Positions 19,196-29,260 of a stretch of DNA of 59,940 bases are shown here, piece after piece. The DNA is from Patescibacteria group bacterium (GTDB lineage Bacteria; Patescibacteriota; JABMPQ01; JAQVVF01). Location: contig JBAZSC010000004.1 of assembly GCA_041662665.1 (NCBI GenBank), positions 76,464 to 136,403 of the forward strand, written 5' to 3'. Position numbers and translations under genes: made by a program. Position 1 is the stretch's first letter. Each line of letters opens with the position of its first letter. The notes below the pieces were generated by a model, which did no database searches, was not told the origin of the DNA, and saw nothing but the letters and a program-made list of their open reading frames with translations.

Positions 19196-20236
19196 TTATT
19201 TCTTTTTTAAAGCCAGTATTCTTTGATAAACTTTTATATACTCATCAGCCATATGAGAGCTGCTAAAATATTTTTCAGCATAATTACGACATTCTTGGCG
19301 ATCAAATATCTCATCAACTTCTTTTACTGCCTTAACTAAATCATCCATCTCATTTGATAGATAAGCAACCTTTGGACTTCCACCCAAAAGCTCTGGCATT
19401 TGTCCTATTTTTGTCCCAATAATTGGCGTTCCGCATATCAAAGCTTCCGAAAGCACTAACCCAAAAGGTTCAGGCTCTTGAATCGTAAAAAGAAGTGCTT
19501 TTGCTTTTCTGTAATAATCATATATTTTTTTATGCGAAACTTCTTTTTTATAAATAATATTTTTACCATCAATAAATGGCTTTATTTCTTTTTCAAAATA
19601 ATCCTTATAAGCATGATTTATTCTACCAAAAATCAGCAGCTTAATTTTCGCTTTTAAAGCAATTTTGATCGCCTTATCTACTCCTTTTTGCGGAGTCAAT
19701 CTTGCAACTGTCATAAAATACTCTCCCTTCTTAACAGAATATTCAACTTTTTTAACTGGCACTCCATTCCCAATTATTGCATAAGAATCAAGTTTTTTAT
19801 CATGAAAATCAGTCAAAGAAACAGTAAAAATTTTTGCTTCATTAATTAATTCAAATTCATCTTTATCTATTCCGCTATGCAATGTTAAAACACATGGTAT
19901 TTTTGAAATTTTACCAACTGGATAGGCATGTCTCTGTGAATTCAAATGAATAATATCAAATTTATCCTGATAATTTAAAACCTTCATTTGACTATAAGTA
20001 ATATAATTTTGCCTGATTATCCTTTTCTGTTTTTTAAAATCTTTCATATTCCAAAGACTCTGCTTCAATGTCGCAATCCTTTTTACTCCAATTTTCCAAT
20101 CTTCAGGACAAAAAAGAGTGACGTCAACATCGTCTTTTTTAGCTAACTCAGAAACCAAATTTTGAACAACAACTTCTGGTCCGCCCCAATCACCAAATGC
20201 CGGCGACACAACAGCTACTTTAATTTTTCTTTTCAT
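19196..20236 (-). CDS. GT4-family glycosyltransferase
   Basis: EPFGLVLSEALICGTPIIG EX7E region. Confidence 0.8.
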   Translation of the reverse strand: MKRKIKVAVVSPAFGDWGGPEVVVQNLVSELAKKDDVDVTLFCPEDWKIGVKRIATLKQSLWNMKDFKKQKRIIRQNYITYSQMKVLNYQDKFDIIHLNSQRHAYPVGKISKIPCVLTLHSGIDKDEFELINEAKIFTVSLTDFHDKKLDSYAIIGNGVPVKKVEYSVKKGEYFMTVARLTPQKGVDKAIKIALKAKIKLLIFGRINHAYKDYFEKEIKPFIDGKNIIYKKEVSHKKIYDYYRKAKALLFTIQEPEPFGLVLSEALICGTPIIGTKIGQMPELLGGSPKVAYLSNEMDDLVKAVKEVDEIFDRQECRNYAEKYFSSSHMADEYIKVYQRILALKKK

Positions 20237-20284
20237 AAATTTAAGACTTAACCTATCTTCACTATAATTAATTTTGACGCATCA

Positions 20285-20347
20285 GCATTCGTATCCGCGT
20301 TAGCATCCATATCGTATCCGCGTCGTTTCCGCAACGTTCCGCGATAA
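20285..20347. repeat. intergenic word repeat, (T)ATCCGCGT family
   Basis: cgtatccgcgttagcatccatatcgtatccgcgtcgtttccgcaacgttccgcg; family recurs at ~21400, ~24668, ~33548. Confidence 0.75.
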
Positions 20348-20392
20348 TATTTATTTATTTCAATAGAATTGCAATCTTATCAAATCGTTTTT

Positions 20393-21361
20393 CTACATCA
20401 ACCAAGAATCCATTGCTTCAAGAACATCAGTAAAATATTTTTCTCTTGTGTCAAAATTATTTTCGTTAAAATAATCAACTCCTGGCTTCGTATTCATTTC
20501 AATTAATTTTGGCCCATTTTTTTTATCATATAAAAAATCCAAAGAATAAATCCTTTCACTAAAAAAACTAATTCTTTTATTAACTTTTTTTACAATGTTC
20601 CAAATCTCTTCTGGAATCTTTTTCTCATCAATAATATTCAAAACTGCTCCTTGGTGAAAATTGGTAAATAAAGAACCTTCTGGCGCCACTCTTGTTGCTG
20701 CATAACTAAGCTCTTCACCAACAAAAACCATTCTCAAATCAGCCACACGATCCTTAAAACCCCAAAAAGAAGCGTCAGCTTCCAAAAATTCTTGCCCTAA
20801 AACAGGAAAAGAAACTTTTTTTAGATCAATATTCTTTATCTTTTCAATTATAATTCCAAATCCTCCAGATTGATCAATCGGTTTCAAAACAATTTTCTTC
20901 TCTTGATCCATAGACTTCAAAATTCTTTCTAAATTCTGAAAATTACCAGCAAAAAAACTTTCTGGCATAAATTCAGAGAATAATAAACATTGATTTATTT
21001 TGTTATCAAAAAGAGAAGAAAAAATTGGATCATTTATAATCGGAATACTTTTTTGCATTGCTTTCATATTCTCTAGATCTTCCATTTTTTCTCTTATTTT
21101 TATCTTATTCAAAACAACATCTGGCAAAAAAGATTTTTCGTTTTTTTCCCATTTTCCATTTTTAAATTGCCAATATTTTTTAAAGCTGCCATTTTTCTTG
21201 TCAAACCATTCAATCGATGCACGAACCATTTCTACTTCCATTTTTCCAGCTTGCTCTGCCCAAGCTTCATAACCTTTTCGATTTGCTTCTTTATCAAACG
21301 GTATTTCTTTATCCCAGTCATCACCTTGATAAATTACTAATATCTTTTGTAAGTTTTTCAT
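20393..21361 (-). CDS. RimK-like ATP-grasp ligase
   Basis: LKPIDQSGGFGII, GQEFLE, LIEMNTKPG segments. Confidence 0.6.
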   Translation of the reverse strand: MKNLQKILVIYQGDDWDKEIPFDKEANRKGYEAWAEQAGKMEVEMVRASIEWFDKKNGSFKKYWQFKNGKWEKNEKSFLPDVVLNKIKIREKMEDLENMKAMQKSIPIINDPIFSSLFDNKINQCLLFSEFMPESFFAGNFQNLERILKSMDQEKKIVLKPIDQSGGFGIIIEKIKNIDLKKVSFPVLGQEFLEADASFWGFKDRVADLRMVFVGEELSYAATRVAPEGSLFTNFHQGAVLNIIDEKKIPEEIWNIVKKVNKRISFFSERIYSLDFLYDKKNGPKLIEMNTKPGVDYFNENNFDTREKYFTDVLEAMDSWLM

Positions 21362-21489
21362 TTTTTATTCTATATTATTACAACTAAATTTTTAGAGAGT
21401 ATCCGCGTTATATCCGTATTTTCCGCGTAAATTTATTATGAGTATTAAATTATTTTTCAAATATTATAAAAAATCAACGAAATTATTTA

Positions 21490-22914
21490 TCATTTTCGTT
21501 CAACATTGACTAAATAACCTTTTATATCTTGCATGCCAATTAACATTTGATATTTCATTAAACCTCTTTCAGCTAAGTTAACTGTCGAAATCTTTTTTTC
21601 ACCTGCTACAAAAAATGCTAATTTTATATATGGACGTAAGGTCAATCCATGGGCAGATCTCACAAAATTAACCTTTACAACATCAGATGAAACAATTTTT
21701 AATTCTTTTTCTGCTTTTTTCGCTGCCTTTTCGGCCTGACTGTCTGACATTTTTGAATCTAATTTATAATTTTTAATTAAATTCAATAAATCTCCATATC
21801 CTAATTTTTTCGCTAATTCAGAATCAATTGATGATGAAGCAGCTCCAGTATCAACTTTAGCCAAAATTTCAAAAGTACTTTTGCCATTCTTGCTTAATAC
21901 TTTAACTTTTTCAATTGAACCTAATACTTTTCTACCTAAAACTTCTGCTTTCTTAGTTGATACTGCGCCAAAAAGCTCTTTTGCAATTCTAACTCCATGA
22001 TCAACAGTTCTAATAGCCAATCCAGACACTCTTTCTAATCGCCTTGCTAATCCTAATAAATTTGCATTCTGAATTTCTAAACCAGGTCTTGCATTTAATT
22101 CCAAAATTTCTGGACCAAATTTTCGATCAATTGCAATGTCAACACCAATAAAACCCAAGCCAGATGCCTGTTGCGCTTCGATTGACATTTTTAGTATTTC
22201 ATCCCAAAAAGGCACCTGAAAACCATTTAATTTTTGTCCTGTATCAGGATGCGTAATTATTTCCGCTCTTTTGGGAACTTTTATAATTGAATGTGTCGTA
22301 ACACCAGTTGCGATATCAACTCCAACGCCAACCGCTCCTTGTGCTAGATTTGCTTTGCCTTTTGATAATTTCGTTGGCAATCTCAACATTGACATTACTG
22401 GAACCTTATTAAAAACAATCACTCGAACATCTGGAATTCCTTTATAAACATATTTTTTTAACAATGGATGCAAAACAATTTTTCTTTCAAAAAAAGCAAC
22501 GTCTGGAATACCAGATAATGAAAATCTACCGTCCAAAGTATCAAGAATATGCGATTTTAAATTTTCAAACGTTACTTCCTCGTTATCACTCTTAAACCAA
22601 ATCCTCTTTTCAATTGGTTTTTGCATAAATTCTTTTTTCTTCTCAGAAGAACGTAAAACCATTACTCCCTCTCCGCCAAATCCATGATCTGGTTTTACCA
22701 CAAAACTAACTGGCAATTTATTCCAATCAAAAGTATTCAAATCTCTTGAAATTTGAATCGCGCCATAAACTCGCGGAGTTTTTATTCCGGTTTTCCTTAA
22801 AACTTCTTTTGTTGCTAATTTGTCATCAACTACCCGAATATCATCTCTACGATTATAAACACGAATGTAACGTAAATTACGCTCATTCATGCCTAAAATA
22901 TCAGTTGCTTGCAT
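21490..22914 (-). CDS. alpha-L-glutamate-ligase-like ATP-grasp fused to a retropepsin-like (DTG) domain
   Basis: VVKPDHGFGGEGV, ILELNARPG ATP-grasp segments; C-terminal AKVDTGAASSSID aspartic-protease-like motif. Confidence 0.7.
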   Translation of the reverse strand: MQATDILGMNERNLRYIRVYNRRDDIRVVDDKLATKEVLRKTGIKTPRVYGAIQISRDLNTFDWNKLPVSFVVKPDHGFGGEGVMVLRSSEKKKEFMQKPIEKRIWFKSDNEEVTFENLKSHILDTLDGRFSLSGIPDVAFFERKIVLHPLLKKYVYKGIPDVRVIVFNKVPVMSMLRLPTKLSKGKANLAQGAVGVGVDIATGVTTHSIIKVPKRAEIITHPDTGQKLNGFQVPFWDEILKMSIEAQQASGLGFIGVDIAIDRKFGPEILELNARPGLEIQNANLLGLARRLERVSGLAIRTVDHGVRIAKELFGAVSTKKAEVLGRKVLGSIEKVKVLSKNGKSTFEILAKVDTGAASSSIDSELAKKLGYGDLLNLIKNYKLDSKMSDSQAEKAAKKAEKELKIVSSDVVKVNFVRSAHGLTLRPYIKLAFFVAGEKKISTVNLAERGLMKYQMLIGMQDIKGYLVNVERK

Positions 22915-22924
22915 AGATTATACT

Positions 22925-23022
22925 CTAAATCCTAGGTCCTAAACAAATCCAAAACTTAAATGGTCAATAATTTGATTTTGAACATTTACATTTTGATATT
23001 TAAATTTGTTTAGGACTAAGAA
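22925..23022. repeat. long imperfect palindrome built from CCTAAA/CAAAT words
   Basis: GTCCTAAACAAAT (22937-22949) pairs perfectly with ATTTGTTTAGGAC (23004-23016). Confidence 0.75.
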
Positions 23023-23023
23023 T

Positions 23024-24547
23024 TCAGGATTTTGATTTTTTCAACAACGATTTAAAACGAAAATACTCTGATAATCTTAATCCAGTCCATTTACCTAAGG
23101 CAATATTTATAATAATCGTCAATAAAACCAATTCAGGATAAGACAAGATCAAAGTCTTAAACCACTCCCAATTCACAATCCAATAACAAATTACTGAAAC
23201 CAAAATAGTTTCTAGAGATAATAAAATTGCTGTTGTTCCGCCTTTTTCGATCTGTACTGCAATAAATTTTTCAACCATTATTATCAATACTAAAATTGGC
23301 AAAATTGACAGAGTAATCATTCCTGTTCGATTAAAGTAGGCACCGACCATAAATAATAACAACAAAACCAAAGCAACAACGCACAGAACAATTGCCATTC
23401 TTGGCAGATAAAGCAATTTAAATCTTCTCAGTAAAAATCTTAGTGCAGATGCCACTAATAATATAATAATAAAAATAGTTAATCCGTATTTTAGGCCAGT
23501 TGCAATAAAACATAGAGTGATAATTGTCGGAGTATAAATACCAAAAGTCTTGATTCCTAATATTTGTCTTAAAAAAGCAATTAAAGTTGCAATAATTGGC
23601 AACATTAATAATAAAAATAAATTATCAATTGCCACACCCTTGTTAATCAAATAATTTATTGAATAACTTAAAAAATTAGTTACGCCTAACTTTGTAACTG
23701 CTCTTTCAGAATGTTTGCCAATTAAAGTATGCTCAGAATTATCCGACTGAACTTTTGATAATAAATCACCAGAATTATGAGAGCTAATAACCGAATTTAA
23801 ATAATTATCTTTAACTAACAAAATATATTCTGGCTTCAAAACATCATAAGTTGATTGCGCGATTCTCGCATTTGATTTTACATTTTTGCCGGCACTAACA
23901 ATTCCTTTTTGATCCATTCTAAAATCTGCCAAATTTCCTGCAGATTGAGCAAATTTTGACATTGCATTTAAGCCTAAACTTCCAGAAGTCCAAAGAATAA
24001 TAATATCAGCATTTTGAACATCTTCTTTTGCCTCAAGCAAAGCGTTAGACAAAGCTCCTTCAGTGACATAATCAGCTTCACCTTGCTTATTTAAGATCGT
24101 TACTAGTAATACCTGATTTCTAGAAGCCTCTCTTTTTAAATCTCGAAGCTGATCGGAAGTCGGAGTCTTGTCCGCAACTAATAAAATTAAATCTTTATAA
24201 ACATTAACTGTAACTTCATCCTTATCAGACTCGACACCATTATTTACAGTCAAAGTAACCTTATATTCGCCAGGCAAACTATAACTATGGATAACTTCTT
24301 TACCATCTGCAAAAGTTCCATCGCCAAAATCCCAAAAATACTCTATAAATTCGCTTTCTCTTGTATCTGTCGTTTTTGAGGCATCAAAAACTATTTTTTT
24401 ATCGACTGCAACATTTTTATCGCCACCAGCAGATGCTCTCAGTTCCAAAGACAACGAATCAAACTGAGCATTTGCCACAAAACCAAAACATAAAAAGACC
24501 ATCGTAAAAATAGCAAATACAACAGATAATATTTTATTTTTATTCAT
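23024..24547 (-). CDS. secreted PKD-domain protein with C-terminal 7-TM module
   Basis: Signal peptide after M17 (MNKNKILSVVFAIF); WDFGDGT PKD hallmark; seven hydrophobic helices in the last ~200 aa. Confidence 0.65.
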   Translation of the reverse strand: MNKNKILSVVFAIFTMVFLCFGFVANAQFDSLSLELRASAGGDKNVAVDKKIVFDASKTTDTRESEFIEYFWDFGDGTFADGKEVIHSYSLPGEYKVTLTVNNGVESDKDEVTVNVYKDLILLVADKTPTSDQLRDLKREASRNQVLLVTILNKQGEADYVTEGALSNALLEAKEDVQNADIIILWTSGSLGLNAMSKFAQSAGNLADFRMDQKGIVSAGKNVKSNARIAQSTYDVLKPEYILLVKDNYLNSVISSHNSGDLLSKVQSDNSEHTLIGKHSERAVTKLGVTNFLSYSINYLINKGVAIDNLFLLLMLPIIATLIAFLRQILGIKTFGIYTPTIITLCFIATGLKYGLTIFIIILLVASALRFLLRRFKLLYLPRMAIVLCVVALVLLLLFMVGAYFNRTGMITLSILPILVLIIMVEKFIAVQIEKGGTTAILLSLETILVSVICYWIVNWEWFKTLILSYPELVLLTIIINIALGKWTGLRLSEYFRFKSLLKKSKS

Positions 24548-24757
24548 AACTTTTTTTAATTTTTCATTTTCTCCAAAAATCAACATACCCGCCACTATCT
24601 TGTCAAGTTTTATAATAGAATTATAACAAAATAAATCAAAAAAACAAAGTAAATGTCAAGGTTTTTTAATTATCCGTTTGCCATCCGTTGAATCCGCGTA
24701 AAAGACGATAAAAACAAAAAACTTTTAAAGTTTTAAATAATTAGTTTGTACCGTTAA

Positions 24758-25228
24758 TCATTTAACACAGTTAGCATGACAAATCGCAGAAGCGCATGCA
24801 TCAGCCACATCATCAGGCCTTAAGTAATCACTTAGTCCAAGCAATCCTTTTGTCATTTCTTGAATTTGTTTCTTGTCTGCTCTTCCATAACCAGTCAATG
24901 CTTGTTTTATCTGCAATGGAGTATATTCAAAGAATGGTACTTTCGAATTTTTCGCAGCCAGCATAATTACACCTCGTGCCTGCGCAACATTAATTACTGT
25001 TTTTGCATTCTTAAAGAAAAAAAGTTCTTCGCAAATTACACAATCTGGTTTATATTTCTTAATAACTTTAATAACATCAGCATAAATCATTCCAATTCGA
25101 TTATAAACCGATTCTTCTTTTGAAGTTAAAATACAACCGCTAGCCAATAAATTAATTTTATTTTTATCTTTAATAATAACTCCAAACCCAGTTATTGCTA
25201 ATCCAGGATCAATTCCCAATATTCTCAT
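24758..25228 (-). CDS. ruvC: crossover junction endodeoxyribonuclease RuvC
   Basis: ILGIDPGLAITGFG N-terminus and overall RuvC length. Confidence 0.9.
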   Translation of the reverse strand: MRILGIDPGLAITGFGVIIKDKNKINLLASGCILTSKEESVYNRIGMIYADVIKVIKKYKPDCVICEELFFFKNAKTVINVAQARGVIMLAAKNSKVPFFEYTPLQIKQALTGYGRADKKQIQEMTKGLLGLSDYLRPDDVADACASAICHANCVK

Positions 25229-25358
25229 TATTTAATGTTATTTATACACTTTTTAACTTTTTTCTGCGATTTCTGCGTCAGATTCTGCATATTTTTGCGT
25301 TAAAGTCATATAAATAACTATTCATATGACTTTACAGCACACCAAAATTCATAAAATT

Positions 25359-26087
25359 TTAAATAAATTTGATATTAGAATAAATATTAACCACATCAGG
25401 ATGTTCTTCTAATTCTAACAATAGACTTTTAACTTGAGTTAAAATATTTTCATCAACATCGATCAAATTTTTAGGTTCAAGCCTTGATTCAATTGCCTCT
25501 ATTTTAACATTTTTCTTTTCTAAACATTCCTTAGCTTTCTTTAGATCTCCAGATTCAAAAAAGGCTTTTAAAATTTTATCGTTTTTTGTAACATCTAACG
25601 CCCCACAATCTATCAAAAATAGCGTCATTTCATCCTCTACTAAGTTATTCTTGCTCATATCCACTTCCACCACGTTTTTCTTTTCAAATAAGAAAGAAAC
25701 ATTGCCATTTTCGACTAATCTTCCATTATGATCACTCAAAATTTTCCTTAGCTCTGGAACAGTTCTATTCCTGCTATCAGTAATAACTTCAATCATCAAA
25801 GCAATACCAGCCGGACCATAGGCTTCATAAATAATTTGTTCAGCTAAATTATTTTCAAGTCCGCTCGCTCCTTTTTTTATCGCTCTTTCAATATTTTCTA
25901 ATGGCACGTTATTTTCTCTTGCTTTATCAATCGCTAAACGCAACTTAAAATTAGCTTCTGGGTCGCTTCCGCCTTCTCTTGCTGCAATTGCGATCACATT
26001 TGCCATTTTTGTAAAAATTTTTCCGCGCACAATGTCTCGAACTCCTTTTTTTCTCTTAATTGTGCTCCATTTTGAATGTCCGGACAT
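25359..26087 (-). CDS. yebC: YebC/PmpR-family transcriptional regulator
   Basis: MSGHSKWSTIKRKKG start; ORF-track N-extension runs into the intergenic repeat. Confidence 0.9.
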   Translation of the reverse strand: MSGHSKWSTIKRKKGVRDIVRGKIFTKMANVIAIAAREGGSDPEANFKLRLAIDKARENNVPLENIERAIKKGASGLENNLAEQIIYEAYGPAGIALMIEVITDSRNRTVPELRKILSDHNGRLVENGNVSFLFEKKNVVEVDMSKNNLVEDEMTLFLIDCGALDVTKNDKILKAFFESGDLKKAKECLEKKNVKIEAIESRLEPKNLIDVDENILTQVKSLLLELEEHPDVVNIYSNIKFI

Positions 26088-26100
26088 ATAACCAGTTAAA

Positions 26101-26150
26101 AATCTAAAGTCAAAAATCAAAAATATTTAAGACTTTAGATTTTAGACTTT
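26101..26150. repeat. intergenic word repeat (AGACTTTAGATTT family)
   Basis: aatctaaagtcaaaaatcaaaaatatttaagactttagattttagacttt; the 18-mer gactttagattttagact is identical to 43531-43548 inside trmD. Confidence 0.8.
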
Positions 26151-26151
26151 T

Positions 26152-27255
26152 TTATTTCTTTATTGGCATTACAATATAAAAATGACCAGCTTCTTCCTTG
26201 CCAAAAATCATTCCTGGACCAGAATCACCTAGTAACTGCATTTTTACTACATCAAAATTAATTGAATTTAAACCTTCTAGTAAATATTTTGAATTAAATA
26301 TAACTTCTGTATCATTTCCATTAAAACCGCAAGCTAATTTTGTAATATTTTTTCCGATTTTTCCAGATTCAGCGCTTAATTCAATTTCTTTTTTAGTACT
26401 ATCTGCTTTCATTTTTAATTCATTCGTATCTGTTTTAGCAAATAAACTTGTTGTTTTAATTGCTTTTATAAAATTACCTTTATGAATTTCCAAAACAGTT
26501 GTAAAGTCCTTTGGAATTATCTTTAAATAATCAGGATACTGTCCTTCAACAAGACGAGAAACCAAAATTACATCATCAGCAACAATCTTAACTTGATTTT
26601 CCATTGTGAATATTTCTACATGAGAGGCGCCTTCGTCCAATATTTTAGATAGTTCTTGCATCGTAAAAACTGGAATAACCATTGCTGTTTCCTTGCCATT
26701 ATCTTTTAGCAGATCAATTGTTACTTCAGAAAGCCTATAACTATCTGTTGCTGCTAATCTCAGTTTTCCGCCTTTTGCATTCAAATAAACTCCGGATATT
26801 TCTGGACGCATTTCATCTCTTGCTGCTGAAAAAACTACTTTATCTAAAGCATCCTTTAATAAACTAGTATTCACGCTACAAAATGATTCGCAATCAATTT
26901 TTGGTATTAATGGAAATTCATTTGCCGCAATTCCATTAATTTCGCCAGTATAGCTATCACAACTAATTTTTACGACATTATTTTCAACAGACAATAAGAT
27001 GTTATTCTTCGGCAAGCTCACAATGTAATTCTGCAACAATTGCGCTGGAATTGTAATCGAACCCTCTTTTTCAATTTTTCCACGAATTATGCATGTTGTT
27101 CCAATTTCCAAATTTGTTGCTGAAATCTTTATTATGCCTTTACGAGCTTCAATTAATACGTTAGCTAGTACTGGCAAATTTGCGTCTTTGCCTACGCTTT
27201 TGCTAACCAAAGATATGCCTCTAGCTAGATTCTCTTGTGTGCAAACAATTCTCAT
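26152..27255 (-). CDS. dnaN: DNA polymerase III beta sliding clamp
   Basis: 367 aa three-domain clamp pattern, located directly downstream of dnaA. Confidence 0.9.
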   Translation of the reverse strand: MRIVCTQENLARGISLVSKSVGKDANLPVLANVLIEARKGIIKISATNLEIGTTCIIRGKIEKEGSITIPAQLLQNYIVSLPKNNILLSVENNVVKISCDSYTGEINGIAANEFPLIPKIDCESFCSVNTSLLKDALDKVVFSAARDEMRPEISGVYLNAKGGKLRLAATDSYRLSEVTIDLLKDNGKETAMVIPVFTMQELSKILDEGASHVEIFTMENQVKIVADDVILVSRLVEGQYPDYLKIIPKDFTTVLEIHKGNFIKAIKTTSLFAKTDTNELKMKADSTKKEIELSAESGKIGKNITKLACGFNGNDTEVIFNSKYLLEGLNSINFDVVKMQLLGDSGPGMIFGKEEAGHFYIVMPIKK

Positions 27256-27480
27256 TTAGTTAGTATATAGTATATATAAATAAACAATAATACGTAATAA
27301 GGATTCAAAATTCTGTGTATAAATGGCTTTTAATTCTTATTTAAGCCACAACTCTTACTTATATCTCCTGGATAACCAGTGTCTTATACCTTAATATTAT
27401 TTTTTAAATGTTGATATCTTTATTCTACTTACATAATCCTGTTGATATCATCTACTTTATAACAACTTAATAACAGGTTA

Positions 27481-28866
27481 TTAACAACTGCTGACATACA
27501 TTTTTTGCTTTATTGCCTCGATTTCTTGTTTTAAGTTGTCATTCTTCTCTAATTCTTTCTTAACTTTTTCGTAAGCATGAATTGCTGTCGTATGATCTCG
27601 TCCACCTGTCTCATCGCCAATTGTTGGATAACTTTTATTTAACTCTCTTCTCATTAAAAACATCGCAATCTGTCTTGGCCAGGCAATATCTTTCCTTCTG
27701 TTCTTCGCCATTATATCAGAAGGATCAATATCATAGAATGAAGCAACTGCCTCAATTATTTCTTTAGAGCTTGTTGTCTGCTTGCTAGGCGCTGTAATAA
27801 TGTCTGTTAAAATTGTTTTGCAGCTTTCAAGCGTTGGAGTGCTGTTGCTAAGCTGGCTATGTGCAATAACTCGACTCAATGCGCCTTCAAGTTCTCTGAT
27901 ATTGCTTTGAACATTAGAAGCAATAAAATCTAAAACGTCTTCTGGAACATTATAAGCCTTCTCTCTGCATTTTGTTGATAAAATTGCTTTTCTTGTTTCT
28001 AAGTCAGGCGCGCTGACATCAGCTACCATTCCGCCTTCAAAACGCGAGACTAATCTTGCTTCAAGACCAGAAATTGCTTTTGGCGGTCTATCTGAAGTTA
28101 ATATTATTTGTTTATTATTCTGAAATAAACTGTTGTAGGCATGAAAAAACGCTTCTTGAGAACTAACTTTTCCAGCTAAAAATTGAATATCATCAATAAT
28201 TAAGACATCGCAATTGCGATAAAAATTTTGAAAATTGACAGTATTACTATCTTGATTTTTATTTCTAATAAAATTAATAAAATCATTAATGAATTTTTCA
28301 GAAGTTGCATAAACAATCTGAGTATCTTTATTCTCTTGCAGTATCCTATTGCCAATTGCTTGAACAAGGTGAGTTTTTCCAAGCCCAACACCGCCGTATA
28401 TGAAAAAAGGATTATAAATTTTACCAGGACTCTTGCAAATTGCTGTTGCTGCTGCCTTTGCTAATTCATTATTCGGACCGATGATGAAATTTTCAAAAAT
28501 ATATTTCGGGTTCAAGCCAGTTTGTATATCTTGGCTTGGCATTACATTTTGTTTTCTTTCGAATGATTCTGCTGGTCTTGCAACTGGTTTTAATGAATCA
28601 ACTGCCTGTGCTGTATTCTTTTTGTTTATCTCGTATGTAAGCTTAGTTACTCTTGAAGATGTAATATTCTGAAGCGCTCTAGCAATATCTTTGTGATATT
28701 TGTTTTGTAACCATTCTTTTGTAAAACCATTAGGCACGCCAATGACATATTCGCCATTAGAGATTAGTAGAACACTGGTTTCTTTAAACCAAGTCGTAAA
28801 ATTTGCCTTGCTCAAAGAGAGCTCAAGCTCTCCAAGCACTCCTTGCCAAATTTGATTATTGTCCAT
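27481..28866 (-). CDS. dnaA: chromosomal replication initiator DnaA
   Basis: Walker A GGVGLGKTHL; C-terminal DnaA signature IGDETGGRDHTTAIHA. Confidence 0.95.
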   Translation of the reverse strand: MDNNQIWQGVLGELELSLSKANFTTWFKETSVLLISNGEYVIGVPNGFTKEWLQNKYHKDIARALQNITSSRVTKLTYEINKKNTAQAVDSLKPVARPAESFERKQNVMPSQDIQTGLNPKYIFENFIIGPNNELAKAAATAICKSPGKIYNPFFIYGGVGLGKTHLVQAIGNRILQENKDTQIVYATSEKFINDFINFIRNKNQDSNTVNFQNFYRNCDVLIIDDIQFLAGKVSSQEAFFHAYNSLFQNNKQIILTSDRPPKAISGLEARLVSRFEGGMVADVSAPDLETRKAILSTKCREKAYNVPEDVLDFIASNVQSNIRELEGALSRVIAHSQLSNSTPTLESCKTILTDIITAPSKQTTSSKEIIEAVASFYDIDPSDIMAKNRRKDIAWPRQIAMFLMRRELNKSYPTIGDETGGRDHTTAIHAYEKVKKELEKNDNLKQEIEAIKQKMYVSSC

Positions 28867-29260
28867 AAAAAATAATGTTTATTTTTTATTTTTAAAAAAA
28901 ATCTGCATTTTTCTGCGTTAGCTTCTGCGTGTTTCTGCGTTAAAAAGCTATTTAACAGTTAGCTTATTAGAAAAAGATAGAAACAATCTAATTTAATTCT
29001 ATCTTGTTAATAAAGTATAGCTTCAATTAAACAAAACATTAAGGATTAATATGTTTACAACTTGTTGAGAACCTGTGGATAACTTAAGTTTATGCTATAT
29101 CTTAAATATGCTGTTGTCAAGAATTATGCTATAATAAAAACAAGGAAACAGAAAATAGAAAACAGTTTGTTTCGCAAGTTTCTGTTTTCTGTTTACTGTT
29201 TTCTTTTTTATGGACAAGAACTAAAAAATTTGCTATTCTCTATAAAATAATTTTAATTTT
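28867..29260. other. candidate oriC / dnaA upstream region
   Basis: Perfect DnaA box TGTGGATAA at 29074-29082, AT-rich tracts, TTCTGCG word repeats (28900-28942), extended -10 TGCTATAAT at 29127-29135. Confidence 0.45.
29144..29203. repeat. palindromic word repeat (AACAGAAAA family)
   Basis: ggaaacagaaaatagaaaacag ... ctgttttctgtttactgttttc; same family at 52402-52466. Confidence 0.75.

Noticed and set aside
24548-24595. N-terminal extensions in the ORF track (also 26088-26120, 35131-35169, 36714-36782, 37278-37394, 33511-33549, 6155-6193, 57494-57529, 54574-54633)
   Set aside because: The extensions run through promoters, SD sequences or word repeats. Internal ATGs are preceded by an SD or begin the conserved protein N-terminus, so the shorter starts were preferred.
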